Positions 37,670 to 47,013 of a stretch of 64,000 nt of DNA are shown here, in pieces (the first letter of the stretch is position 1; every line of letters starts with the position of its first letter). The stretch is from contig NZ_JBJHBQ010000009.1 of NCBI RefSeq assembly GCF_050485565.1, positions 60,880-124,879 of the forward strand. The letters are read 5' to 3'. This DNA comes from Glycocaulis sp. GTDB taxonomy: Bacteria; Pseudomonadota; Alphaproteobacteria; Caulobacterales; Maricaulaceae. A program made the translations under genes and the position numbers. Under the pieces are notes generated by a model that was not told where the DNA came from, searched no databases, and saw only the letters and a program-made list of their open reading frames with translations.

Positions 37670-38593
37670 CTAGCCCGCCTTTTCGCCTGTGCCTGTCTCA
37701 GTCACCCCTAGCGCGTCAGCGAGACGCACTTTCGCCGAGCCGGGGCGCAAGGGCTTTGGCTGGCTCTCATGGGGCGCCCAGCCGGCTGCGTGCAGGATTT
37801 CAAATTTGGCCGGAATGCGGCCATCGGCTTCGGCGAAGCTCTCGGCGTAAACTTGCGCGGTTTTGACGAAGAATTGCCGGTGGACGGGCGTGCGCGAGCG
37901 GCTCGCGAGCACGCTCGTCTCGCCCATGCGGCGCAAATCGCGCATCAGCACGAAGGCATTGCCATAGCGCACGGTCAGCCGGTCCACATCCGAGACCGGC
38001 ATGGCAAAGCCAGCGCGCGCCAGCAGACCGGCGAGATCCACCGTGTCGGCAAAGGGCGAGACGCGCGCCGACACCTGTCCGTAGATTTCGTCCTCTGCAG
38101 CCATGAGGGATTGGCGCAGCTCTGTCAGGGTCGCTCCGCCCAGCATGGCGCAGGCAAAGAAGCCATCGGGCTTCAAGGCCCGATTGATCTGGATCAGCGC
38201 GCCAACGAGATCATTCGTCCAGTGCAGGGAGAGGCAGGAGAGGACGAGATCGGCGCTTTCGTCGGCGATCGGCAGGCGTTCCTCGTCCATCACCAGTGCC
38301 GCGCCTGATGCTTTGGTGGCCATGGCGGGCGATATATCCGCCTCGATCAGCGTTCCGATTTTCGAGGCGAGCTCCGGGCGCGCGGCAATCGCCCGGCCCA
38401 CTGCGCCCGCCCCGCCGATCACCAGCGCGCGGTCAAACGTGCGGTTCACCGCCATCAGCCGGTCGGCCAGATCGTCGGCGGCACGGCTCGCCAGAAAGGC
38501 AAATTCCTCATAGCCTCTTGCCGCACGGGTCCGGCGCCGACGCAGCAGCGCGCGGTCAAACAGATGAGGCGGGGTGTCAGAGGATGATGCCAT
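37670..38593 (-). CDS. SAM-dependent methyltransferase (type 11; NDUFAF5/BioC-like)
   Basis: HLFDRALLRRRR..., ADLVLSCLSLHWTNDL and LKPDGFF blocks. Start taken at MASSSDTPP. Confidence 0.75.
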   Translation of the reverse strand: MASSSDTPPHLFDRALLRRRRTRAARGYEEFAFLASRAADDLADRLMAVNRTFDRALVIGGAGAVGRAIAARPELASKIGTLIEADISPAMATKASGAALVMDEERLPIADESADLVLSCLSLHWTNDLVGALIQINRALKPDGFFACAMLGGATLTELRQSLMAAEDEIYGQVSARVSPFADTVDLAGLLARAGFAMPVSDVDRLTVRYGNAFVLMRDLRRMGETSVLASRSRTPVHRQFFVKTAQVYAESFAEADGRIPAKFEILHAAGWAPHESQPKPLRPGSAKVRLADALGVTETGTGEKAG

Positions 38594-38640
38594 GGGGCGG
38601 ATATGGACCGGCACGCCTCGCGAGGGAAGCCTCGCGGGTG

Positions 38641-39366
38641 ATGAGGGGTTTTGCCGACCTCATCTGGCCGCCGGTTTCGCTGCTCTCCTACGAGCCGGTA
38701 TCGGCCCATGGCCAGCTATCGCCTGCCGACTGGTCGAAGATCGTTTTCCTTGATGACCCGCAGTGTGCCTCGTGCGGGTTTCCGTTCGACTGGCCGCCGG
38801 GCGAAGGAGCGGTGTGCGGGCCGTGCGCCGCGCGTGCGCCCGCGTTTGATACCGCGCGTTCCGCCTTCGTCTACACGCCGGAAAGCCGCCGCCTCGTCCT
38901 CTCGCTGAAACATGGCGGGCGGGTGGACGGGCTTGCCGCCTTTGGCGGCTGGATGCGCCGGGCGGGCAGGGACATGCTGGCAGAGGCCGATTATCTGGTG
39001 CCTGTACCGCTGCATCCGCGCCGCCTGCGCCAGCGCCGCTTCAACCAGTCGCTATTGCTGGCGCAATCACTGGCCAAGCTCTCCGGCGTGACATGCGATC
39101 CGCATATTCTCATGCGCCGCCGCGCCACGCCCAGCCAGGGCGGGCAGAGCGCGAAGGGGCGCAGGCGCAATGTCGCCGGTGCCTTTGCGGTGCGCCAAAG
39201 CGCAAAAGAGAGGATCAAGGGCGCGCGCCTGATCCTCATCGATGATGTCTACACCACCGGGGCGACGCTGGAGGCGTGCGCGCGTGCCCTGAAACGGGCA
39301 GGGGCGGCGCGCGTTGATGCCCTGACGCTTGCGCGCGTTGTCAGAACCAGCGACGTCATTACATAA
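38641..39366 (+). CDS. ComF family phosphoribosyltransferase-like protein
   Basis: N-terminal Cys cluster (CASCGFPF...CGPC) and PRTase motif LILIDDVYTTGATL. Confidence 0.85.
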   Translation: MRGFADLIWPPVSLLSYEPVSAHGQLSPADWSKIVFLDDPQCASCGFPFDWPPGEGAVCGPCAARAPAFDTARSAFVYTPESRRLVLSLKHGGRVDGLAAFGGWMRRAGRDMLAEADYLVPVPLHPRRLRQRRFNQSLLLAQSLAKLSGVTCDPHILMRRRATPSQGGQSAKGRRRNVAGAFAVRQSAKERIKGARLILIDDVYTTGATLEACARALKRAGAARVDALTLARVVRTSDVIT

Positions 39367-39406
39367 GCGCCAGACCTGATTTTGCTGATTCACGAAAGCC
39401 AAGCCC

Positions 39407-39673
39407 ATGACCATTCCCGCCATCACCATCTATACCCGCCCCTTCTGTGCCTTCTGCTCGCGCGCGCTGTCGCTGCTGAAGGATAAGGGCGTTGAGGTGA
39501 AGGAGATCGAGGCGGGCTTTGATCCGGTCTTGCGCGCAGAGATGCAGCAGCGTTCGGGCCGCAATACCTTCCCGCAGATATTTATCGGCGAGACGCATGT
39601 GGGCGGCTGCGATGATCTCTTCGCGCTGGAGGCTGAAGGCAGGCTCGATTCCCTACTGAAGGCTGGTGCGTAA
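39407..39673 (+). CDS. grxC: glutaredoxin 3
   Basis: ITIYTRPFCAFCSRA...TFPQIFIGETHVGGCDDL. Confidence 0.9.
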   Translation: MTIPAITIYTRPFCAFCSRALSLLKDKGVEVKEIEAGFDPVLRAEMQQRSGRNTFPQIFIGETHVGGCDDLFALEAEGRLDSLLKAGA

Positions 39674-40497
39674 TGGCGAAGACGAAGATCGCCCTTGTCC
39701 AGATGCGCTCAGGGACGGACCCGGAGCGTAATATGGACGCTGCCGAGGCTGCGATCCGTCAGGCGGCGGGCGAGGGCGCAAAGCTGGTGGCAACGCCGGA
39801 AGTGACCAATCTGGTGCAGAAGGATGCCAAGGCCCTGTTCGAGACCCTGCGTGCGCCGGATGAGGATGGGGGCGTCAAACGCCTCGCGGCGCTGGCGTCC
39901 GAGCTGAAGATCGATTTGCTGGCGGGTTCAATGGCCCTTAAAGGCACAGATGCCCGGGCGGTGAACCGCTCCATGCTGTTCGGGCCGGATGGGGCGCTGA
40001 AAGCCCATTACGACAAGATCCACATGTTCGATGTCGCCATCGGCAATGGTGAGATCTGGTCGGAGAGCACCAATTACGCGCCCGGCGCCCATGCGGTGAT
40101 CGCCGAGGCGGCGGGCATGAAGCTGGGCCTCACCATCTGCTACGATGTGCGCTTTGCCTATCTCTACCGCGCGCTGGCGATAGGCGGCGCGGTCGCCATC
40201 ACAGTGCCGGCCGCCTTCACCCGCCCGACCGGCAAGGCGCACTGGGAGGTGCTCTTGCGCGCCCGCGCCATTGAGACGGGCAGCTTCATCCTCGCGCCCG
40301 CGCAGGGCGGCACGCACGCGGATGGCCGCAAGACATGGGGACGCTCCATGGTGGTGGGTCCGTGGGGCGATGTGATCGGCGTATTGGACCATGATGAGCC
40401 GGGCATTCTCTATACCGATATCGACGCGGAAGACGCGCTGTCGGCCCGCCAGCGCATCCCGGCGCTAAAGGGCGGGCGGGAGTTTACCGGCCCATGA
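39673..40497 (+). CDS. carbon-nitrogen hydrolase (Nit-like)
   Basis: Catalytic triad context ATPEV (Glu), HYDKIHMFD (Lys), LTICYDVRF (Cys). Confidence 0.88.
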   Translation: MAKTKIALVQMRSGTDPERNMDAAEAAIRQAAGEGAKLVATPEVTNLVQKDAKALFETLRAPDEDGGVKRLAALASELKIDLLAGSMALKGTDARAVNRSMLFGPDGALKAHYDKIHMFDVAIGNGEIWSESTNYAPGAHAVIAEAAGMKLGLTICYDVRFAYLYRALAIGGAVAITVPAAFTRPTGKAHWEVLLRARAIETGSFILAPAQGGTHADGRKTWGRSMVVGPWGDVIGVLDHDEPGILYTDIDAEDALSARQRIPALKGGREFTGP

Positions 40498-40922
40498 TCC
40501 GCTACGCCCTGCAATGCGATGAGGGCCATGGCTTTGAGGGCTGGTTCTCCTCCAGCGAGGACTATGAAAGCCAGGAAGCGCGCGGCCTGGTCGAATGCCC
40601 TGAATGCGGCTCTGTCGCTGTCACGCGCGCGGTGATGGCCCCTTCTGTGCGTACCAGCAAGGGCCGGGAAACCAGCACTAATGGCGAGCCGGACATGGAA
40701 GCGGTCGCCCGCAAGGTGCGCGCCCATATCCGTAAAAATTACGACTATGTCGGCCCGGACTTCGCCTCAGAAGCCCGCGCCATCCATGAGGGCGAAAAGC
40801 CCGAGCGCCTGATCTATGGCGAGACGACGCCGGAGGAACGCGCAAAGCTGGCCGAGGACGGGGTGCCGTGCGCACCCTTGCCGGAACCCTTTGCGCCCAC
40901 CCCGCCCAAGAAGGCGAATTAG
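40494..40922 (+). CDS. DUF1178 family zinc-ribbon protein
   Basis: MIRYALQCDEGHGFEGWF...ECPECGS, with ATGA overlap with the nit-like gene. Confidence 0.75.
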   Translation: MIRYALQCDEGHGFEGWFSSSEDYESQEARGLVECPECGSVAVTRAVMAPSVRTSKGRETSTNGEPDMEAVARKVRAHIRKNYDYVGPDFASEARAIHEGEKPERLIYGETTPEERAKLAEDGVPCAPLPEPFAPTPPKKAN

Positions 40923-40993
40923 GGGCTGTCGCTCGTTTGTCATCCTCCGGCCGAGCGATAGCAAGGTCCGGCGGACCCATACCTGCAACGCGA

Positions 40994-41100
40994 TTTCCTC
41001 CCCCGTTTACGGGGGAGGTGGTCCGAAGGACCGGAGGGGGGAAGTTTTTAAGTTGCCCCCCTCGCCGCTTCGCGGCACTCCCCCCGCAGGCGGGGGGAGA
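40994..41100. repeat. Family-2 composite hairpin element, copy B (inverted relative to copy A)
   Basis: CTCCCCCgtttacGGGGGAG, GTGGTCCgaagGACCGG, ..., CTCCCCCCgcaggcGGGGGGAG. Lies in the convergent gap between the DUF1178 gene and a methyltransferase gene. Confidence 0.85.
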
Positions 41101-41122
41101 CACTGGCTCGCACGTTATTGCC

Positions 41123-41794
41123 CTACCGGCTCACCGACCACTCCACCAGGAAGGGCGTGTCGGCATAGCGCTCGCGCAGTTTGGAAGGCGCGTCCGGTCC
41201 GAAGTCGCGGCCCCGCCATTCGGTGCAGCCCGAAACCGTCAGGCCTGCGTGACGAAAGGCCGTGAGCCAGTCTGAAAAGCTGTGCGGATAGCTTGGCATG
41301 TGAATGTCGTGATCACCGTCCGGGAAATGCGCGCCGACGCCGGAAAGCGTCATGAAGGGGTGGATTTCGAGGATCAGCGCGAACCCGCCGGGCCGGACGA
41401 TGCGGGCGAGTTCGGCGGCTGGCTCGTCCAGCTTTGCGACATGTTCATAGGCAAGGCTGACAAGGGCGGCGTCGAAATGGCCGGTTTCAACGCGCAGGGG
41501 CAGCGTGATGTCGTGCTGGACCAGTGTGGCACCCGGTGCGGCGTGCTTCGCCTTTTCCAGCATGCCAGCCGAAAGGTCACAGCCCCATAGACGGGCAGCG
41601 CTAGCACGCCTCAGAGCCGCCAGATTGCGCCCAGTGCCACAGCCAAGCTCTGCCACGGATTGACCGGCGAAGCGCTCCAGATGGCGTTCCAGCGCCGCCG
41701 TGGCGGCATACACCATCGGATTATCGTAGGCGTCATAGCTTGCTGCCCAGCGATCATAGGCGGTTTCGACATCAAGGAAGATAGGGGTTTTCAT
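41123..41794 (-). CDS. class I SAM-dependent methyltransferase
   Basis: Motif I VAELGCGTGRN, then LVSLAYEH and RPGGFALILE. Start taken at MKTPIFLDVE. Confidence 0.8.
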   Translation of the reverse strand: MKTPIFLDVETAYDRWAASYDAYDNPMVYAATAALERHLERFAGQSVAELGCGTGRNLAALRRASAARLWGCDLSAGMLEKAKHAAPGATLVQHDITLPLRVETGHFDAALVSLAYEHVAKLDEPAAELARIVRPGGFALILEIHPFMTLSGVGAHFPDGDHDIHMPSYPHSFSDWLTAFRHAGLTVSGCTEWRGRDFGPDAPSKLRERYADTPFLVEWSVSR

Positions 41795-42013
41795 GGGTCG
41801 TGCTCCATCGCAGACCGGAGACCGTCCGGCGCGGGGCACTTAGTTTTCGCGTGGTCACAGCCCGCGGCTCCACCAGAGCAGCGCCCTGAATATACCTGCG
41901 CACCGCGCCTTTCAATACGCCCGCCACCTTGCCGAACGGGCCGGAGCGTGATCCTGTTGCGCACATCAGGATCAGGGGCGGCCGTCAGAGACCGGCCCGT
42001 GTCGGGGGCAGTC

Positions 42014-43927
42014 ATGGTCATCAATATCGTTGTGCTGGTGGGGATTCTCGTCACGCTGGTGACGATAGTGCCGGTCATCACCCAGATGCGAAAGCACCCC
42101 AAGGGCCTGCATATCCTCTTCTTTGCCGAGATGTGGGAGCGCTTCTCCTATTACGGGATGCGCGCGCTCCTCATCTTCTACCTGACCCAGCATTTCCTCT
42201 TTGATGATGCCTTCGCCAGCACCCAGTACGGGGCCTATACGGCGCTGGTCTATCTGATGCCGCTCATCGGCGGTTTCCTGGCCGACCGGTATCTGGGCAC
42301 GCGCAAAGCCATTGCTTACGGCGCGCTACTGCTGGTCGCCGGGCACCTCGCCATGGGGATTGAGGGCCGCCCGTCAGAGGAAGAGTTGCGCTATGACGGT
42401 GCGGGCTACTCGCTGGTTGCCGAGGGGCGCGGGGGCTTGCGCACCGTCCAGCTGGAGGTCGATGGCGCGCTTTACAGCTTCTCGGCCAACCGGGAAGGCG
42501 ATCTCATCATCGCGGACCTGCCCGCAGAGGCCAGCCTGCCCGCCCTCCTGCCTGCCGGCAGCTTTGAAACGGAAGTCACCTATCGCGACGGGCGCGGCCT
42601 CGCCATCCTCTATTTTGCGCTCTCGCTCATCATCATGGGGGTAGCCTTTCTCAAGGCGAATATCTCTTCAATCGTCGGCCAGCTCTACGAGGAGCACGAT
42701 CCGCGCCGCGATGGCGGGTTCACGCTCTACTATTACGGCATCAATCTGGGAGCTTTCTGGGCGGCCATATTGTGCGGCCTCTTGGGCGAGACGGTCGGCT
42801 GGTGGGCCGGTTTCGGGCTGGCCGGCCTTGGCATGGCGTTCGGCTGGATCGTCTTCGTGCGCGGCCGGCTGGCTTTCTTCCTGCCCGGCAAGAGCCAGAT
42901 CGCCGATGTTGGCAATCCACCCGATCCGGTGGCGCTGAAAGCGCGCGTGCTGGGGCCGCTCAGCCGTGAGACGGTAATCTATCTGCTCGGTTTTCTGGGC
43001 GTGGGCGGTGTCTGGTTCCTCATCCAGGCCCACCAGCTCAGCCTGCAGCTGCCCGGTGTTGGCGGGGTGGACGCGATGCTGCTTCTGCTGATCGCCGGAG
43101 CAGTGCTCTTCATGGGCTATATCGGCTGGTTCATGCGCGCCAACTGCACGGCCGAGGAGACACAAAGGCTCATCCTCGCGCTCATCCTCACCGTGGTTTC
43201 GGTGGTGTTCTGGGCGCTGTTTGAACAGGCCGGTTCGTCGATGAATTTGTTTGCCGCGCGCAATACCAATCTGGAGCTGTCGCCTGAACGCCTGATCGCG
43301 TTTGGCCCGATTGCGCTCGATATGACGCTGACCGCCTCCCAGACCCAGTCCTTCAATGCCGGTTTCATCCTCATCTTCGCCCCGCTGTTTGCGGGCCTGT
43401 GGGCGTTTCTGGCGAAGCTGCAGCGCAATCCCAACACGCCGCTGAAGTTTGGACTGGCTCTGGTGCAGGTGGGGCTTGGCTTCCTCGTACTGGTCTGGGG
43501 GATGCAGTTCGCCGACGATAATTACCGCGTGCCGCTCTTCTTCCTGGCGCTGGCCTATCTCTTACACACGACCGGCGAGCTGTGCCTGTCGCCCGTGGGC
43601 CTTTCCGCGATTACCAAGCTCTCCCCGGCAGCGGTGGTCAGCTTCATGATGGCAGGCTGGTTCCTCGCACTCGCCTTCTCGCAATATGTGGCGGGCCTGC
43701 TGGCCGCCCTGACCGCCACCGACACCGTGGCCGGGCAGGTGCTGGACCCTGAGCGTGCGCTTGCGGGCTATGCGGACGTGTTCGGCACGGTGGGGCTGGT
43801 CGGGATCGGGCTGGGCGTCGTGATGGGGCTGGCGAGCTTCTGGCTCAAACGCCTCGGCCATGGCCTTGCCGAGGACCAGATGGCCAGACCTTCAGAGCCG
43901 GGACCGGACGTGCCGGTGCGGGACTAG
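42014..43927 (+). CDS. POT/PTR2 family di-/tripeptide:proton symporter
   Basis: HPKGLHILFFAEMWERFSYYGMRALL (ExxERFxYY motif). There is a roughly 75-aa hydrophilic insertion after the fourth helix. ATG 42014 has a G-rich SD; the alternative ATG 42086 would give the canonical N-terminus. Confidence 0.88.
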   Translation: MVINIVVLVGILVTLVTIVPVITQMRKHPKGLHILFFAEMWERFSYYGMRALLIFYLTQHFLFDDAFASTQYGAYTALVYLMPLIGGFLADRYLGTRKAIAYGALLLVAGHLAMGIEGRPSEEELRYDGAGYSLVAEGRGGLRTVQLEVDGALYSFSANREGDLIIADLPAEASLPALLPAGSFETEVTYRDGRGLAILYFALSLIIMGVAFLKANISSIVGQLYEEHDPRRDGGFTLYYYGINLGAFWAAILCGLLGETVGWWAGFGLAGLGMAFGWIVFVRGRLAFFLPGKSQIADVGNPPDPVALKARVLGPLSRETVIYLLGFLGVGGVWFLIQAHQLSLQLPGVGGVDAMLLLLIAGAVLFMGYIGWFMRANCTAEETQRLILALILTVVSVVFWALFEQAGSSMNLFAARNTNLELSPERLIAFGPIALDMTLTASQTQSFNAGFILIFAPLFAGLWAFLAKLQRNPNTPLKFGLALVQVGLGFLVLVWGMQFADDNYRVPLFFLALAYLLHTTGELCLSPVGLSAITKLSPAAVVSFMMAGWFLALAFSQYVAGLLAALTATDTVAGQVLDPERALAGYADVFGTVGLVGIGLGVVMGLASFWLKRLGHGLAEDQMARPSEPGPDVPVRD

Positions 43928-43933
43928 AAGGCA

Positions 43934-43965
43934 GGCCCGGAGGTGTGACCTCCGGGCCGCATTTT
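43934..43965. terminator. Rho-independent terminator between convergent POT and TonB-receptor genes
   Basis: GGCCCGGAGGT (43934-43944), gtg, ACCTCCGGGCC (43948-43958), then gcaTTTT. Confidence 0.75.
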
Positions 43966-43972
43966 CTGATCC

Positions 43973-45985
43973 CTAGAACGTCCGGCGCAGGCGGAATTGA
44001 AGGAAATCACGCGGATCGATGCGCTGTTCCTCGCGGAAGGCGAGGGCCTGTGTCGCCCTGTCTGCGTAAACCTCCCTGTCGACGCGGAAATCGTCCCAGA
44101 CCGTCACGGCCAGATAGGCTGCCAACCCGTTGTCGAACGTGTACTCGGCAAACAGCGTGACGTAGTTGTGCAGCTCGAACCAGCGCTTCTGGTCCGGCTG
44201 GAAACTCGTTTCGCGGTAGTATGGCAGGTAGTTCACGCCCCAGCGCAAATTCCAGTCCGGCACGTCGTTTTCAAAGTTGATGCTACCGGTCAGCGGGCGC
44301 ACGCGTGATATCTGACGGTCCGCACCCGTTGTGGGATCGGTCACGCGCGTATGATCGTACCGGACATCGAAGGTGACGCGCCCGCGCTCCAGCCCCACAT
44401 CGCGCAAGGGAAGGCGAACATTGGCGGCAATGCGTGCCAGGCTGCCATCGCCGATATTGCCGATGGCCGTCAGCCCGTCATCTAGCGGAATGACATCGAT
44501 CACGTCGGATATCGTGTCGTAGCGCAAGGTCAGTGTGGCGACCCCCTCGCCATTGAAACGCTGCTCAAATACCGCCTCGCTGACCCAGTTCTGTTGCGGG
44601 CGAATCTGCGAATTGCCACCGCGCACCTGATCGCTCGACAGCGAGCTGGAGGCAGCAAAATCACCGAAATTGAGCTGGCCGACCTCGCGTTCGAACCGCA
44701 GGCGTATCTGGCGGTTCTCAACCGGGTCGAAGGTCAGGGCAAGGCGCGGCTTTGGATAGAAGAAGCTGCGTTCGGCCGAGGCGTCTCCGCTCTGGCGGAT
44801 GGTGGAGTGTTCCAGCCTCAAGCCAGCTTCAAGGCGCAGCCGTTCGGAGCGTCTCCAGCTGGCCTGACCGAACATTTCACCGCGGATTTCTTCCACTAGC
44901 GTGGACGCCAGCGGCAGGGCAACCGGCGCGCCATCGCTGAAGAAGCTCTGGTCGGTGTCCATGAAGTTGTAGGCCAGCTCACCGCCGCCTTCCCAGGTCA
45001 GGCTCTCGCTGCGCTCCCAGCGCAGCACGCCGCGCGCAATCGTCTCGCCGGAGGTGCGGTCCGCTTCGAACCGCTGGTCGAGGCCGGGGCCTTGCGCGCT
45101 GTTGGCAAACCCGCCCCAGCGGTAATTCTGGATCAGGCGGGTTTCCAGGTTCAGCGTCTCGCCCAGCGCGCGTTCATATCTCAGCCCCAGATCGGCCCGG
45201 CTGACATCATCGTCGAACGTGAATAGCCGCTCAGGCGATCCCGGCACGCTGAACGACAGCTCATCTTCAAATTCAAACCAGTTATAGCCGCCGGTGATTT
45301 CCAGCCGCCCCTGGCCAACCGGCCCGGACCAGTTGCCGCGCGTACTCCAGCCCCCGCCGTCGAAACGGTTGCGCTGACGCTCCTCGGAGATAATTGCGCC
45401 GGATGCGTCGCGCCGGGTTGATGTGCCCCAGCCGGTGGAATCGTTCATGGCGATTGTGCGCCCCACCTGAAAGCCCCACTGGGTGTCGTTGTTGCTGGAA
45501 GAGAACTCGTAGCGCGCAGACGGCATTGCAGGGCCGCCCTCGAAGGCGTGAAGCTGGGCCTGAACGGTATGTTGGCGTGACATCTCGCGGCTTAGAATGA
45601 CGTTCACGACCACGCTCTGGCCTTGCATGTCGATGCCCGGCGCGCCGCCACGGATCAGCTCGATCCGCTCCACCCGGCTTGCCGGGGTGCGCGTCAGCAC
45701 GGATGTGCCGGTATCGTCCTTGGAGGCCGGCCGCGCTCCGTTTATCAGCACATTGCCGCCGGCGCCCGCAAACCCGCGCACCGAGGCACCGTCACTGACC
45801 GAGAAGCCGGGAATGCGATTGACCATGTCCAGCGCATTGGACGGATTGGCCGCCGCGAAGAAGTCCGGTTCGTAGACGAGGATGTTTTCAGCCGCGCCGC
45901 TCTGGGCAGGCAGGCTTTCCTGCGCGAGCGCAGCGGGGGCGGTGATGGCGAGCGCGATGGCCGCCGAACAGAACAGGTGTTTCAC
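43973..45985 (-). CDS. TonB-dependent outer-membrane receptor
   Basis: Signal peptide, plug-domain blocks (ALDMVNRIPGFSV, RVERIELIRGGAPG), a long beta-barrel and a terminal ...RLRRTF. GTG start 8 nt after GGGAGGG. Confidence 0.85.
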   Translation of the reverse strand: MKHLFCSAAIALAITAPAALAQESLPAQSGAAENILVYEPDFFAAANPSNALDMVNRIPGFSVSDGASVRGFAGAGGNVLINGARPASKDDTGTSVLTRTPASRVERIELIRGGAPGIDMQGQSVVVNVILSREMSRQHTVQAQLHAFEGGPAMPSARYEFSSSNNDTQWGFQVGRTIAMNDSTGWGTSTRRDASGAIISEERQRNRFDGGGWSTRGNWSGPVGQGRLEITGGYNWFEFEDELSFSVPGSPERLFTFDDDVSRADLGLRYERALGETLNLETRLIQNYRWGGFANSAQGPGLDQRFEADRTSGETIARGVLRWERSESLTWEGGGELAYNFMDTDQSFFSDGAPVALPLASTLVEEIRGEMFGQASWRRSERLRLEAGLRLEHSTIRQSGDASAERSFFYPKPRLALTFDPVENRQIRLRFEREVGQLNFGDFAASSSLSSDQVRGGNSQIRPQQNWVSEAVFEQRFNGEGVATLTLRYDTISDVIDVIPLDDGLTAIGNIGDGSLARIAANVRLPLRDVGLERGRVTFDVRYDHTRVTDPTTGADRQISRVRPLTGSINFENDVPDWNLRWGVNYLPYYRETSFQPDQKRWFELHNYVTLFAEYTFDNGLAAYLAVTVWDDFRVDREVYADRATQALAFREEQRIDPRDFLQFRLRRTF

Positions 45986-45993
45986 AATATGGT

Positions 45994-46014
45994 CCCTCCC
46001 AAGACATGGGAGGG
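45994..46014 (-). promoter_or_regulatory. SD-sequestering hairpin in the TonB-receptor leader
   Basis: Minus-strand RNA is CCCUCCCA-ugucu-UGGGAGGG. The 3' arm is the Shine-Dalgarno sequence (GGGAGGG-N8-GUG). Confidence 0.55.
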
Positions 46015-46110
46015 TGTGTGCGCTTCCTGCGCGTCATATAATAGTTACGATGCAGAAATGTGCCTCACATTTCAGTTATTTAATTGCTTTCCTGTAATGT
46101 TGCGCTGCAG

Positions 46111-47013
46111 CTATTCTGCCGAAAATGAGGTGTGCCGGGCTGCGCTTAACTCTACACAGGCTGTGCCGCCGGTTACGGTCAGCGTGATAATGCTGGCGTT
46201 CAGCAAATCCATGCCAGCGAAGAGGGCGGGGTGGTCCGTCATGCCCATCGCCTCGAAGACGGGCAGGGCGGCGATGGCGATTTCCACATTGCGCCGATCC
46301 AGGCCGCCAGCGCGCAAAAGCCGGGCGCGCATCATGCGGGCCGGGATCGCCTCGCCATCCGCTCCGATGATTGTGGCGCGTCCCGTGCGTCCTGCTACAG
46401 GCGATAGCTGGCGGGCGAGAGCAGGGTTGCCCACCGATCCGGTCAGGCCGGTATCGACCATAATCAGAATCGCGCGGCTGTTGATCTCGCCTTCGATGGC
46501 CGGGAGGGATGGCGCACCCGGTGTGCAGGGCCGGTCGGGGACCGGTTCCAGCCGGTTCGCGGCGAGATCAATGCGCCAACTTCGCCCGATCAGCGCATCC
46601 AGTCCCAGAAACCCGTCCAGTTGCCCGCCCGAATCCGGAGCGTCAGACAGGGCTACGGGCAAAAGCTCAGGCAGGTCCAGCCCGCCCAACTGCGCGCCAG
46701 TCAAGGTGTAGCGGTCCACACGGGACTGGCCGGTAAGGGCGGTGAGGGACGCACTGCCTGTGGATGCAGAGGCGAGGCCCAATCGCGTAATGGCCGCTTC
46801 GGTCAGGGCGCTGGTTTCCGCCCCGGTATCGAGCGCCAGCCGCAGAGTGCCGGACGGGGTGGAAAGCTCCACCACGGCGTGGCCGTCCGCGCTGCGGCTT
46901 AAGGAAACGGGATCGGCGAAGGCGGCCGGGCAGAGGGTCAGAACCGCTACGGCCAGAACCGCTACGGCCAGAGCCGCAGAGGCAGCTGTGAGGGGCTTAG
47001 CCTGCGCCGCCAA
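46111..47013 (-). CDS. secreted bilobed retropepsin-like aspartic protease
   Basis: Signal peptide (AVAVLAVAVLTLCPAAFA) and two Asp-Thr-Gly sites (LALDTGAETSAL and IMVDTGLTGSVG), about 140 aa apart. The start overlaps the tldD stop by 17 nt. Confidence 0.65.
   Translation of the reverse strand: MAAQAKPLTAASAALAVAVLAVAVLTLCPAAFADPVSLSRSADGHAVVELSTPSGTLRLALDTGAETSALTEAAITRLGLASASTGSASLTALTGQSRVDRYTLTGAQLGGLDLPELLPVALSDAPDSGGQLDGFLGLDALIGRSWRIDLAANRLEPVPDRPCTPGAPSLPAIEGEINSRAILIMVDTGLTGSVGNPALARQLSPVAGRTGRATIIGADGEAIPARMMRARLLRAGGLDRRNVEIAIAALPVFEAMGMTDHPALFAGMDLLNASIITLTVTGGTACVELSAARHTSFSAE

Noticed and set aside
37670-40922. Methyltransferase-comF-grxC-nit-DUF1178 cluster as a candidate novel system
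   Set aside because: I recognise this arrangement as a widely conserved housekeeping neighbourhood in alphaproteobacteria. Nothing in the sequence departs from that pattern.
45986-46110. Cobalamin, TPP or other riboswitch upstream of the TonB-dependent receptor
   Set aside because: The leader is too short for a cobalamin aptamer, and I see no B12 box or TPP (CUGAGA...) core. Only the anti-SD hairpin and palindrome are reported.
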